Origin: Myxococcota bacterium
GTDB lineage: Bacteria > Myxococcota_A > UBA9160 > SMWR01
DNA: 59,294 nt
Direction: 5' to 3'
NCBI GenBank assembly: GCA_036447375.1
Contig: JAZFUU010000009.1
Location: forward strand, 1 to 59,294
This document shows positions 26,410 through 34,771 of this stretch, piece after piece. Made by a program: the position numbers and the translations under genes. Every line of letters begins with the position of its first letter. Position 1 is the first letter of the stretch. The notes under the pieces were generated by a model. The model was not told where the DNA came from, made no database searches, and was given only the letters and a program-made list of their open reading frames with translations.

Positions 26410-28053
26410 ATGGCCGAGATCGACGGCGGACGCATCGCAGCGCGACAGCTGAAAGCGGCGGGAGTGGACACGATCTTCGGCGTGGTCGCGGGGCCGATGA
26501 TCGAGATCTTTGCGGGGGCCCAGGCGGAGGGTCTTCGGGTCGTGGGCTGCCGCCACGAGGAGAACGCGGCGTTCATGGCGTCGGCCTGGGGCTACCAGAA
26601 GCGCAAGCCCGGGGTCGTCGTGGCGGGTTCCGGTCCCGGCATGACCAACACCGTCACGCCGATGTACGTCGCCACCGCCAGCGCGATGCCGCTGGTCGTG
26701 CTGGGCGGCAGCACCTACGGCGCCATGCGCGGCATCGGCGGATTCCAGGAAGCAGACCAGATGGCCTTTGCCGCGCCGGGCTGCAAATGGACCGCCCAGG
26801 TCGACAGTACGCAGCGCATCGGAGAGCTCGTGCATCTGGCGCTGGGAAAAGCGGTGAGCGGCCGCCCCGGCGCCGTGTACCTGGACTTCCCCGGCCACCT
26901 GGTGGGCCAACGGGTCGCCGAGGAAGTCGTCCCGGTGCGACGAATGCCCGAGGTCGCGCGGCCTCATCCGGATCCGCAGGCCATCGACCGGCTCGCCGAT
27001 CTGCTGGCGGAAGCCGAGCGCCCTCTCCTTCTGATCGGCAAGGGCGCTGCCTGGGCCGACGCGGGGGCCTCCCTGACGCGACTGGTCGATCGCGGCATTC
27101 CCTACCTGACGTCCCCGATGGGTCGCGGAGTTGTCGCCGACGACAATCCCCACTTCGTGAATGCCGCCCGCTCCGCCGCGCTGGCCGGTGCCGACGCGAT
27201 CCTGATGGTGGGTGGTCGCTTCAACTGGATCTTCGGCTTCGGACGCGCTCCCCGCTATCGGGAAGACGTGCGCATCGCGCAGATCGATATCGAGGCCGAG
27301 GAGATGACGAGTGCTGCCGACGTCGAGCTGGGAATCGTGGCCGATGCCGCCGTCGCTGTGGAAACGCTGTGCGACGCCCTCGAGGGGCGTAAGCTCGCCA
27401 CGGCTCGGTCGACCTGGCTCGCCGACCTGCGCGCGCAACGCGAGCGCAACGAAGTGGAGATCGCCAAGGCGAGCCAACTCGATTCGGTGCCGATCAACCC
27501 CTATCGGCTGGTGCACGAAGTGCGCGAGGCGGCGGGCCGGGACACCACATTCTCCGTCGACGGCGAAACCATCATGGGTATCTGCCGCGTTCTGCTTCCC
27601 AGCTATCGGGCGCGCTCCCGACTCAATGCGGGAACAACCGGGTGTATGGGCACGGGCGTTCCCTACGCGATCGGGGCCAAGCTCGCCCATCCCGAACGAC
27701 CCTCGCTGGCGGTGCTCGGCGACTACGCTTTCGGCGCCGCCGCGATGGAAGTCGAAACCTGCGCTCGGGTCGGCGCGAACGTGGTCTTTGTCGTCGCCAA
27801 CAACGAGGGCATCGCGGGCCATCTGATTCAGGACCACATGCTGCCGCCGGACTCACCGCGGATCGCGAGCTTGCTGCCCGCGTCCTACGAGAAGATGGTC
27901 GAGATGGTCGACGGCCACGCCGAGCGGGTGGACCGACCCGAGGAGATCCGTCCGGCCCTGGACCGGGCCCTCGCCGCGGACCGGGTGGCGCTGGTGCACG
28001 TTCGGGTGGACCCCAAGGCCACGCGCATCAGCGGGGGAAACTACCTCCAGTAA
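26410..28053 (+). CDS. ThDP-dependent enzyme, oxalyl-CoA decarboxylase / 2-hydroxyacyl-CoA lyase-like
   Basis: AGGAG lies upstream of ATG 26410. The N-terminal PYR domain has CRHEENAAFMASAWGY..GSGPGMTN. The ThDP box is LGDYAFGAAAMEVETCARVGANVVFVVANNEG. Confidence 0.88.
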   Translation: MAEIDGGRIAARQLKAAGVDTIFGVVAGPMIEIFAGAQAEGLRVVGCRHEENAAFMASAWGYQKRKPGVVVAGSGPGMTNTVTPMYVATASAMPLVVLGGSTYGAMRGIGGFQEADQMAFAAPGCKWTAQVDSTQRIGELVHLALGKAVSGRPGAVYLDFPGHLVGQRVAEEVVPVRRMPEVARPHPDPQAIDRLADLLAEAERPLLLIGKGAAWADAGASLTRLVDRGIPYLTSPMGRGVVADDNPHFVNAARSAALAGADAILMVGGRFNWIFGFGRAPRYREDVRIAQIDIEAEEMTSAADVELGIVADAAVAVETLCDALEGRKLATARSTWLADLRAQRERNEVEIAKASQLDSVPINPYRLVHEVREAAGRDTTFSVDGETIMGICRVLLPSYRARSRLNAGTTGCMGTGVPYAIGAKLAHPERPSLAVLGDYAFGAAAMEVETCARVGANVVFVVANNEGIAGHLIQDHMLPPDSPRIASLLPASYEKMVEMVDGHAERVDRPEEIRPALDRALAADRVALVHVRVDPKATRISGGNYLQ

Positions 28054-28756
28054 AACGCCGGGCCCCGGGCGGACCACTTCGAGAAAAGCGACTTCCGGGC
28101 GGATCCTGAACCCAGCCGGCCGACTGCTCCCAGGCATCGTCGTACACCAGATCTCCGATCGGGCGTCGCCGCAGCGGCCCGTGGCGACCCGCCGGACGCC
28201 CCAGGGTAATCGTCAGCGAGATCCCCGCCTGCTCCGGGATGTCGAGCAGTGCCTTCAGCCGATCCTCCACCGAGAGATGCCAGACACTGAAGCAGGCGCC
28301 GTAGCCCAGGGCCCGGGCCGCCAACAGCAGGTTCTGACAGGCGGGATAGATCGAGGCACCTTCGTAGGGGTTGGGCGGATGAAAGCGCAGGAGGCAGGCC
28401 AGGATCACCACCGGAATGGACTCGAACCCGTCGACGAATTGTTGCATCGCGCGCGCCGAGCGGGCCTTCGGGGAGTTGGGCTCCGCGCCGGACCCCCGCT
28501 CCCAGCCCTCGTCGGAGGATTTTCGGGCCCAGTTGTTCCGAAAACTCTCGGCGAGCAGGGCCTTGGCCGGTTTCGCGCGCTCCCCGTCGCGCAGCGTCAC
28601 GAAACGAAACGGCTGGCTGTTCGATCCCGATGGGGCCCGTGTCGCCGCGTACAGAATGCGACCGAGATCCCGGTCCGGGATCGGGTCTGGGAGATAGCGA
28701 TGGATGGTTCGAGCCGTGGCCATCACCTCGAGTACTGCTTCGACTGCGTCCGCCAT
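28028..28756 (-). CDS. Nitroreductase-family protein
   Basis: ATG 28756 is preceded by GGAGGTG. The N-terminus reads MADAVEAVLEVMATARTIHRYLPDPIPDRDLGRILYAATRAPSGSNSQPFRF. It overlaps the convergent ThDP gene by 26 nt. Confidence 0.85.
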   Translation of the reverse strand: MADAVEAVLEVMATARTIHRYLPDPIPDRDLGRILYAATRAPSGSNSQPFRFVTLRDGERAKPAKALLAESFRNNWARKSSDEGWERGSGAEPNSPKARSARAMQQFVDGFESIPVVILACLLRFHPPNPYEGASIYPACQNLLLAARALGYGACFSVWHLSVEDRLKALLDIPEQAGISLTITLGRPAGRHGPLRRRPIGDLVYDDAWEQSAGWVQDPPGSRFSRSGPPGARRFTGGSFPR

Positions 28757-28791
28757 GGGCACCTCCAACGCTCGGGCAGTATAGAGACACC

Positions 28792-30564
28792 TCACTCGAT
28801 CTTGTCGAACTGGCGGCGCGAAGCGAGATCGTCCGGGTCGAGACGCAGGGCCTCCAGGAACAGGGCGCGCGCGCCGGGCAGATCGCCGCGCCGAACCTGG
28901 ATCAGGCCCAGGTTGCGCACCACTTCCGCGGAATCGGGTCGCAAGCGCCTGGCCTCGCCGAACGCGGCCTCGGCAGCGACGAGATCGCCCCGAGCCAGCA
29001 GCACCTTGCCGAGCCCGTGGTGCGCCCCGAAATGCTGCTGGCTCGAACGGATCGCGCCCCGATAGTGAAGCTCGGCGGGCTCCAACTGCCCCGCCTGGGC
29101 GTTCAGAACCCCGAGGTTGAAATGCGCCCCCGCGTGATCGGGCTCCGCCGCGAGGGCCGCCAGGAACGCGGCGCGGGCTTGTTCCGGACGCTTCAGAACC
29201 AGCAACACAGCTCCACGGGTCACCGCAATGTTGGCCGAGTCGGGACTGCCGCGCTGCGCCGCATCGTATTGCGCGAGGGCCTGCCCGAAGCGGCCCTCCT
29301 CGGCCAGAGCCATTCCCAGTGCGTGATGGGCGTCGGGCGAATCCGGGTCGAAGCGCAGCCACTGGCGGGCAAAGGTCTGGTCGTCGCGGAAGTACTGCGC
29401 CCGACCCAGGCTCACCCCCGCGGCGGCTAGAATCGCGCAGAGGCCGACGACTACGGCAAGCCTCCGCAAGCGCGGGTCGTGCCAGCGCGACGACACGAGG
29501 CCGGCGGCGATCGCCGGCAGGCCCAGGGTTCCTAGGAACGCGTAACGCTCCGCGAAGGGTGTTTCCTGCACGAGCCAGTTCGCCGTCGGGAGTTGGGTGG
29601 CGAGCATCCAGCCCAGCCAGAATCCGACGGCGCGGACGGGGGGGGCACCCACGCGCCGGCACGCCCCCGCCAGCGCGACCAGAACCAACGCCACCACAGT
29701 CAGCCGCCACGGCGAAATCCAGATCAGCAAACGGGGTTCGTACACGAGTTGCACGAACGGCACGATCGAAACCTGAAGCAGGTAGAGGTAGGAGAGAACT
29801 GGCAAGATGGGATCGCCGACCAGGGCGAGGCGAGTTTCGGTGTGCCCGGCCAGGGCGTACCGCACTCCGAGATAGATCAACAAGATGGCGACGCTTCCCG
29901 CATGACGCCTCGCCCAGAACCCGGGTCGGGCCATCGAGCCCGCCTCGGGCGGATCCGAACCCACGCGGCAAAGATCCGCCCATACGAACAGCAGCGGAAC
30001 GATCACGGACTGTTCTTTCGCAAAGATCGCCACCGCGAAGGCGGTGCAAGCGACGGCGCGGCGACCGCGCAGCCACGCGAGGGTCGCCGCGAGAATCAGG
30101 GCGCTGGCCAGTGCCGTATCTCTGCCCAGGATCGGATAGACACACGAGGAAGCGACCGGATGAAGTGCAAAAAAACCGGCGGCCCATGCGGCGGGAGTTC
30201 GGCGCACGTCGAACCCCCGACTGCGAAGCAACAGGTAGGCGAGCCAAGCCACCGCGCCCATCACCGCGATGTTGACGGCCCGGAAAGCCGCGGGAATGTC
30301 CCCGTGCAGCGCCTTCTGGCTCAGATACGAAGCCCGCATGACAGGCCGGTAGTACGGCAGACCCTTCACATGCGGCTCGCGGAACACCCGCGCGATGTCC
30401 GATAGGTTTCGGGGTCTCGGCTCGGAGACGATCACGCCCCGATCGTCGTAGACGAAGTCGTTGCCCAGAGAGGGCAAGTAGACCGCCGCGACGAGCAGGA
30501 CCAGCAGCCACCCGGTCGGAATCCCTCGGAGCCCTCGAGCCCAGGGCAGACGCCAAATTACCAC
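28792..30564 (-). CDS. Polytopic GT-C-like (PMT_2/TMTC-like) membrane protein with C-terminal TPR repeats
   Basis: The N-terminus has LPSLGNDFVYDD (a first-loop acidic motif) followed by ~10 hydrophobic segments. The C-terminal ~200 aa are TPR-like repeats (HHALGMALAEEGRFGQALAQY...). Confidence 0.8.
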   Translation of the reverse strand: MVIWRLPWARGLRGIPTGWLLVLLVAAVYLPSLGNDFVYDDRGVIVSEPRPRNLSDIARVFREPHVKGLPYYRPVMRASYLSQKALHGDIPAAFRAVNIAVMGAVAWLAYLLLRSRGFDVRRTPAAWAAGFFALHPVASSCVYPILGRDTALASALILAATLAWLRGRRAVACTAFAVAIFAKEQSVIVPLLFVWADLCRVGSDPPEAGSMARPGFWARRHAGSVAILLIYLGVRYALAGHTETRLALVGDPILPVLSYLYLLQVSIVPFVQLVYEPRLLIWISPWRLTVVALVLVALAGACRRVGAPPVRAVGFWLGWMLATQLPTANWLVQETPFAERYAFLGTLGLPAIAAGLVSSRWHDPRLRRLAVVVGLCAILAAAGVSLGRAQYFRDDQTFARQWLRFDPDSPDAHHALGMALAEEGRFGQALAQYDAAQRGSPDSANIAVTRGAVLLVLKRPEQARAAFLAALAAEPDHAGAHFNLGVLNAQAGQLEPAELHYRGAIRSSQQHFGAHHGLGKVLLARGDLVAAEAAFGEARRLRPDSAEVVRNLGLIQVRRGDLPGARALFLEALRLDPDDLASRRQFDKIE

Positions 30565-30593
30565 CGGAATTCGCGTCCCCTAGCCCGCACGAT

Positions 30594-32027
30594 TCATGAT
30601 CCTTTGCGCAGCCAGGTCAGACGCCCCCGACACAGGGTCGCCGCGACCTGATCGCTGGTAAGCGATCGCCGAGCTGCCGACCAGGGTCGGTCGAGCAGGC
30701 ACAGATCGGCGGATGCAGCGACGGCGATCTGTCGAGGCGGCGCACCCGGCGCCTTCGCGGGTGACGTAAACAGCCCGAGGGCCCGCTCGGGGGTGAGCGC
30801 TTCATCGCCAGCCAGCTCGAGACCCGCCGCGCTGCGGCGATCGACGGCCGCCCGCATGGCGAGCCACGGGTCGGAATTGCCAAAGGGGGCATCGGTTCCG
30901 CCTCCCAATGGGACGGCCGCGTCGAGGAACCCCCGGCCGCGGTAGAGCCACGGCCGATCTCGAGGGTCGACTTCCACCGCATAGCGATCGCCGCGCTCGA
31001 AAATGAAATTGGGTTGAGTGACAACGGTGACTCCCACATCGGAGAGCAGGGCCATCGCATCCGGAGGCACCACCGCCGCGTGCTCGATTCGATCTCCCGC
31101 GAGGCTGCCGGCGGAGGCCACGGCGGCCGACGCCAGCACCAGCTCGGCGCGGGTGACGCAATGAACCGCCACGGGCCGACGCTGGCGGTGGGCGACTTCG
31201 ATGGTTTCGACCAGGGCTTCGAAGGGCGGCAGGTCCGACTCGGCGAGCCAGATCTTGACGGCGCCGCGTTCGACCTCGGGATGCGACGATACCGGCAACG
31301 ACGACTTTCCCATCACCAGAAGCTGTTGCCGCAGCTCGCCCTTCTCGATCGCGTCGACGAACGCCGCCAGCTCGGATCGGCCGTTCGCCGGGGTCGCGTC
31401 GGTGACGCCCGTCACGCCAAAACGCGCGAGTTGCCGACCGACCCGGGCGAAGCACGGCCGTGTCGTGTCGCCGGACTCGATCTGCTCACGAAGCCACGTG
31501 TCGAGGCGAAGCAGGCGTCCGGTCGCGCGACCCGCGTCGTCACGCTCGACGCCTCGGGCGTCGACACCCCGGTCCAGACCCAGCCGGGCGACGCCGGCGG
31601 AGTTCAGGATCCACATCGCCCCGCTTCGATGTTGGATTCGCAGCGGAGTGTCCGGTGTGATTCGATCGAGAGCCACGCGGTCGAGCGCCCCCGCCACCGA
31701 CTCGCAGTAGCCCACGCCGCGGATCCAGCCGGCGTGCGGCGCCCCGCCGATCGGGGGCTCCGCCCTGGCCGAGGCCAGGGCTGCGGCCAGGCCCTCCGCG
31801 TCGCGAACCGCGGGCGGCCCGCATACCACCGACGATTGAGCCGCCGCCATCGCGAAGAGGTGGACGTGGTGGTCGTGCAGACCCGGCAACAGCGCGCCCC
31901 CCGCGGCGTCCAAAACCCGCTCGCCTCGCAGGGCCGAAAGACCGCGGCCAATTTCGGAGATGCGACCGTCGCCAATCCGCACGTCGACGCCGTCGCGTCC
32001 CGCCAGCTCTGCAGACCGGATCAGCAT
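30594..32027 (-). CDS. Amidohydrolase-family (Amidohydro_3-like) metal-dependent hydrolase
   Basis: LLPGLHDHHVHLF is the HxH metal motif, with GGTDAPF near the C-terminus. Length is 477 aa. The start overlaps the upstream stop by 7 nt. Confidence 0.85.
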   Translation of the reverse strand: MLIRSAELAGRDGVDVRIGDGRISEIGRGLSALRGERVLDAAGGALLPGLHDHHVHLFAMAAAQSSVVCGPPAVRDAEGLAAALASARAEPPIGGAPHAGWIRGVGYCESVAGALDRVALDRITPDTPLRIQHRSGAMWILNSAGVARLGLDRGVDARGVERDDAGRATGRLLRLDTWLREQIESGDTTRPCFARVGRQLARFGVTGVTDATPANGRSELAAFVDAIEKGELRQQLLVMGKSSLPVSSHPEVERGAVKIWLAESDLPPFEALVETIEVAHRQRRPVAVHCVTRAELVLASAAVASAGSLAGDRIEHAAVVPPDAMALLSDVGVTVVTQPNFIFERGDRYAVEVDPRDRPWLYRGRGFLDAAVPLGGGTDAPFGNSDPWLAMRAAVDRRSAAGLELAGDEALTPERALGLFTSPAKAPGAPPRQIAVAASADLCLLDRPWSAARRSLTSDQVAATLCRGRLTWLRKGS

Positions 32028-33457
32028 CGCGGTCCCAACTCCGCCAGAACCTCATCGGTGTCGGCGCCCAACGGAGCCGCCGAACCCTCGACCGATCGTG
32101 CCCGGGGAGGTGACACGCGCGCGCACTCGTCGCCGGCAACCACTTCCCAGATCGTTGATCGCGGCGCTCGCAGGGCTCGCGGCGCTTGTGTTGTTCGCGG
32201 TGCTTGCGTTGTTCGCGGTGCTTCCGGCACTCCCGCCGGGTCGACGCGCCGCACCCGGGCCGGCTCGGACTCCGGCCCCGTCTCTGCCCCATACGACAGC
32301 GCGTGAGCGGCGACCTCGCATAGGGAGAGGTCGAGAAGCTCCCCGCCCCCGGCGCGCCAGGACTGCAGCGCGGCCGCCGCCGCGTGCAGACCCGTGAGCG
32401 GATCCGCAATGGCGTCGCCGCAAAACACCGGGGGGTCGGCATCCGCCGCGACCGCCCGGGACAAACCGGCGGCAACCGCCGCGTCGTCGCCAAAGGCGAC
32501 CCAGTCTCCACCGGGCGCAGCCCGTCCGTAGCCGGTGATGCTCACCCAGGTGAGACCCGGTCGGGTCGCCAGCAGCCGCCGAACATCGATGCCGAGTTGG
32601 GCCAGCGCCCGGGGACGCGCGCTGTCCACAACGATATCGGCCGACTCGAGCAGGCGGCGCAGCCATCGGCGACCGGTTTCGGACGCCAGATCCAACGCCA
32701 CACTCTGCTTACCAAAATTCAAGAGATCGAAGAAGCGCGCCGGGCCGCTGCGCGCGCCGTCGGGGCGGGCGCTGCTTTCGATCTTGACCACCCGGGCACC
32801 CGCTCGCCCGAGAAGGTGCGCGCACAGCGGACCGGCCCACAGAACCGAAAGGTCGACGACGCGGGGAAAGTCGCCGGGTCGTCGGACGAGCCGCGGTCCC
32901 CGGGAACAAACTCGGCGCCAGACGGGCGCCGGCGAGGGTCCAGAGACGGCGACCGCCACCGGAAGACCGAGGAGCCGAGCCCGGGCGACCACCTCGTCGG
33001 CGGCGCGGGAGCGGACCCGATCTGCGATGAAATCCCACGGATCGTCGGCGGTGTCGCCACCGAGCCACGCCGGCAACAGATCGCGATCGTCGGGGCGCGC
33101 CAGATTGACGGCGATCCAACCGTCGCGGGTGGGCAGCAAGCGGCAGCTTCCACCGGGAGAGATGCGGCCCCGGCGAGACAGTCCGAGAATCGCCGCCCGC
33201 TCCCCGAGCAACGCGGGCCCATCGAGCCCGGGCGCCCAGCGGTCCCCAGCCAGATGGGCCAAGGCCTCGACACAGCCACGGGCGCAGTTGGCCAGCGGCC
33301 CTCGGACCAGCCGCGGCGGCCCATCGGAGCATCCGCTCAGTGCCATGGCCCCCGAGCGCGCCCACTCGATCGCGGGGTGGCTGGCGCGTTCGCCGTCGGA
33401 GCCGGCGGCCTCGGGCCGAACCGGAATACCGAGAATTTCCGCGGCGTAGCCGAACAT
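32021..33457 (-). CDS. Family III CoA-transferase-like protein with atypical (permuted-looking) domain order and a repeat-containing linker
   Basis: ATG 33457 (MFGYAAEILG). The canonical N-motif RVVDLSVLWAGPLCAHLLGRAGARVVKIES only appears after ~170 aa. The catalytic context is GDAIADPLTGLHAAAAAL. The C-terminus has APLGADTDEVLAELG. Confidence 0.78.
   Translation of the reverse strand: MFGYAAEILGIPVRPEAAGSDGERASHPAIEWARSGAMALSGCSDGPPRLVRGPLANCARGCVEALAHLAGDRWAPGLDGPALLGERAAILGLSRRGRISPGGSCRLLPTRDGWIAVNLARPDDRDLLPAWLGGDTADDPWDFIADRVRSRAADEVVARARLLGLPVAVAVSGPSPAPVWRRVCSRGPRLVRRPGDFPRVVDLSVLWAGPLCAHLLGRAGARVVKIESSARPDGARSGPARFFDLLNFGKQSVALDLASETGRRWLRRLLESADIVVDSARPRALAQLGIDVRRLLATRPGLTWVSITGYGRAAPGGDWVAFGDDAAVAAGLSRAVAADADPPVFCGDAIADPLTGLHAAAAALQSWRAGGGELLDLSLCEVAAHALSYGAETGPESEPARVRRVDPAGVPEAPRTTQAPRTTQAPRALRAPRSTIWEVVAGDECARVSPPRARSVEGSAAPLGADTDEVLAELGPRC
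32186..32221. repeat. 18-bp tandem duplication inside a CDS
   Basis: CTTGTGTTGTTCGCGGTG / CTTGCGTTGTTCGCGGTG. On the coding (minus) strand this gives APRTTQ-APRTTQ, followed by degenerate APRALR-APRS. Confidence 0.85.
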
Positions 33458-33480
33458 GGATCTGGGGACCTGGATCCCGG

Positions 33481-34566
33481 CTAGTCGATGCCGTACAGCG
33501 CGGCGCAGTTCTCGCACGCGACCTTTCGCAACACCTCGTCCCCATGCTGGGCCAGGTCGGACTCGGTGAGGGCCTTGCGAGAGTGGGGCCAGGTGCTGTC
33601 GCCGTGGGGGTAATCGGATGCCCACATGACGTTGTCGACGCCGATTCTGGGAATCAGTTCGACGCCGAGCTTCTCGTTCTCGTAGGTGACGAAGACCTGC
33701 CGCGCGAAGATCTCCGATGGACGCATCTCCAGCTTGTGGTCACCGATGGCGTCCGCGTAATTGTCGAACTCGTGCTCGAAACGCTCGATCGCGTAGGGGA
33801 TCCAACCGAGGCCGGCCTCTCCCATCACGAAGCGAACGCCGGGTCGCCGCTCGAGAATGCCCGAGAACATCATTCCGGAGAGGATCTCGTCGAGCTGCAT
33901 GGGGATCACCGCCACGAACGCGGGCGCTCGCCAGGTTCCCAGCTGCATCTTGAGGCTGTGCGTGCCCCGGTCCAGGTGGACGCTGATCGGCAGCCCCACC
34001 TCGTTCGCGGCATCCCAGAAGGGGTGCCACAGATCTTCGAAGAGCGGCTCGGAACCTTCGAACTGGCTGACGATCGCTCCGCGGAGCCCCAGCTTCGCAA
34101 CCCGCAGCAGCTCGGCCGCCGCCTCCTGGGGATCACTCGCCGGGATGCTGGCCAGCGGCACCAGTCGTTTCGGGTCGGCCTGGCCGAACTCGGCCGCCCA
34201 GTCGTTGTAGGCCATCATGCAGGCGGCGCGCAGTTTCGGGTCCTGAAGTCGGAGCTGGGTGGTCATCGGGCTGTAGATGACATGGGCATAGACACCGTCT
34301 TGATCCAGGTCTTCCAGGCGCGCCTTCGGTTGACCCGGTCGAAAGCCGTGCTGATCGGCGTTCAGCAGACCCTTGCCTTTGCGGCCGCTGGGGGTGAGAA
34401 GCCGCCCCTCGACCTGCCAGAAGGGTCCGTCGTCGGTGGGCACGACTCGGGGTCCCCGGTCTCGAAGCGGCCGGGGCAGCCGCTGCTCGAAGAGCTCGGG
34501 CGGAAGCACGTGCAGATCCATGTGATCGTCGGCCGAGATGATCCTCTGATCGGGGCTCAGGGGCAT
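33481..34566 (-). CDS. Amidohydrolase-2 family (ACMSD/LigW-like) hydrolase/decarboxylase
   Basis: ATG 34566 is preceded by GAGGAG. Motifs are IISADDHMDL and VMWASDYPHGDSTWP. Confidence 0.88.
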   Translation of the reverse strand: MPLSPDQRIISADDHMDLHVLPPELFEQRLPRPLRDRGPRVVPTDDGPFWQVEGRLLTPSGRKGKGLLNADQHGFRPGQPKARLEDLDQDGVYAHVIYSPMTTQLRLQDPKLRAACMMAYNDWAAEFGQADPKRLVPLASIPASDPQEAAAELLRVAKLGLRGAIVSQFEGSEPLFEDLWHPFWDAANEVGLPISVHLDRGTHSLKMQLGTWRAPAFVAVIPMQLDEILSGMMFSGILERRPGVRFVMGEAGLGWIPYAIERFEHEFDNYADAIGDHKLEMRPSEIFARQVFVTYENEKLGVELIPRIGVDNVMWASDYPHGDSTWPHSRKALTESDLAQHGDEVLRKVACENCAALYGID

Positions 34567-34598
34567 GGGGGCTCCTCGCAGTGGCTGACCGCGGCAGC

Positions 34599-34674
34599 GA
34601 TCACGATGCCGTACACGCCTGCACGGGTGACCCGCCGGCGACACGGATCACGATGCCATACGCGCCTGCGGGTG
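34599..34674. repeat. Two ~30-bp direct repeats in a divergent intergenic region
   Basis: GATCACGATGCCGTACACGCCTGCACGGGTG (34599-34629) and GATCACGATGCCATACGCGCCTGCGGGTG (34646-34674). They differ by 2 substitutions and a 2-nt indel. Confidence 0.8.
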
Positions 34675-34771
34675 TCTATCGCTCCGCTTCGCCCCCATCG
34701 CGCCGAAGTCGCCTACGGCCGGCCACGATCCGGGTTATGATTCCGCCCGGAAACGAGAGATAGGAGCCGCC

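Noticed and set aside
28757-30556. Upstream 600 codons of the 842-aa ORF fused to the nitroreductase
   Set aside because: It is an off-frame overlap of the TPR/GT-C gene (28792-30564). The nitroreductase has its own SD and ATG at 28756.
32186-32221. Tandem repeats (this one and 51299-51322) considered as a CRISPR or minisatellite array
   Set aside because: There are only two copies each, no spacers, and one lies inside a CDS. They are not CRISPR.
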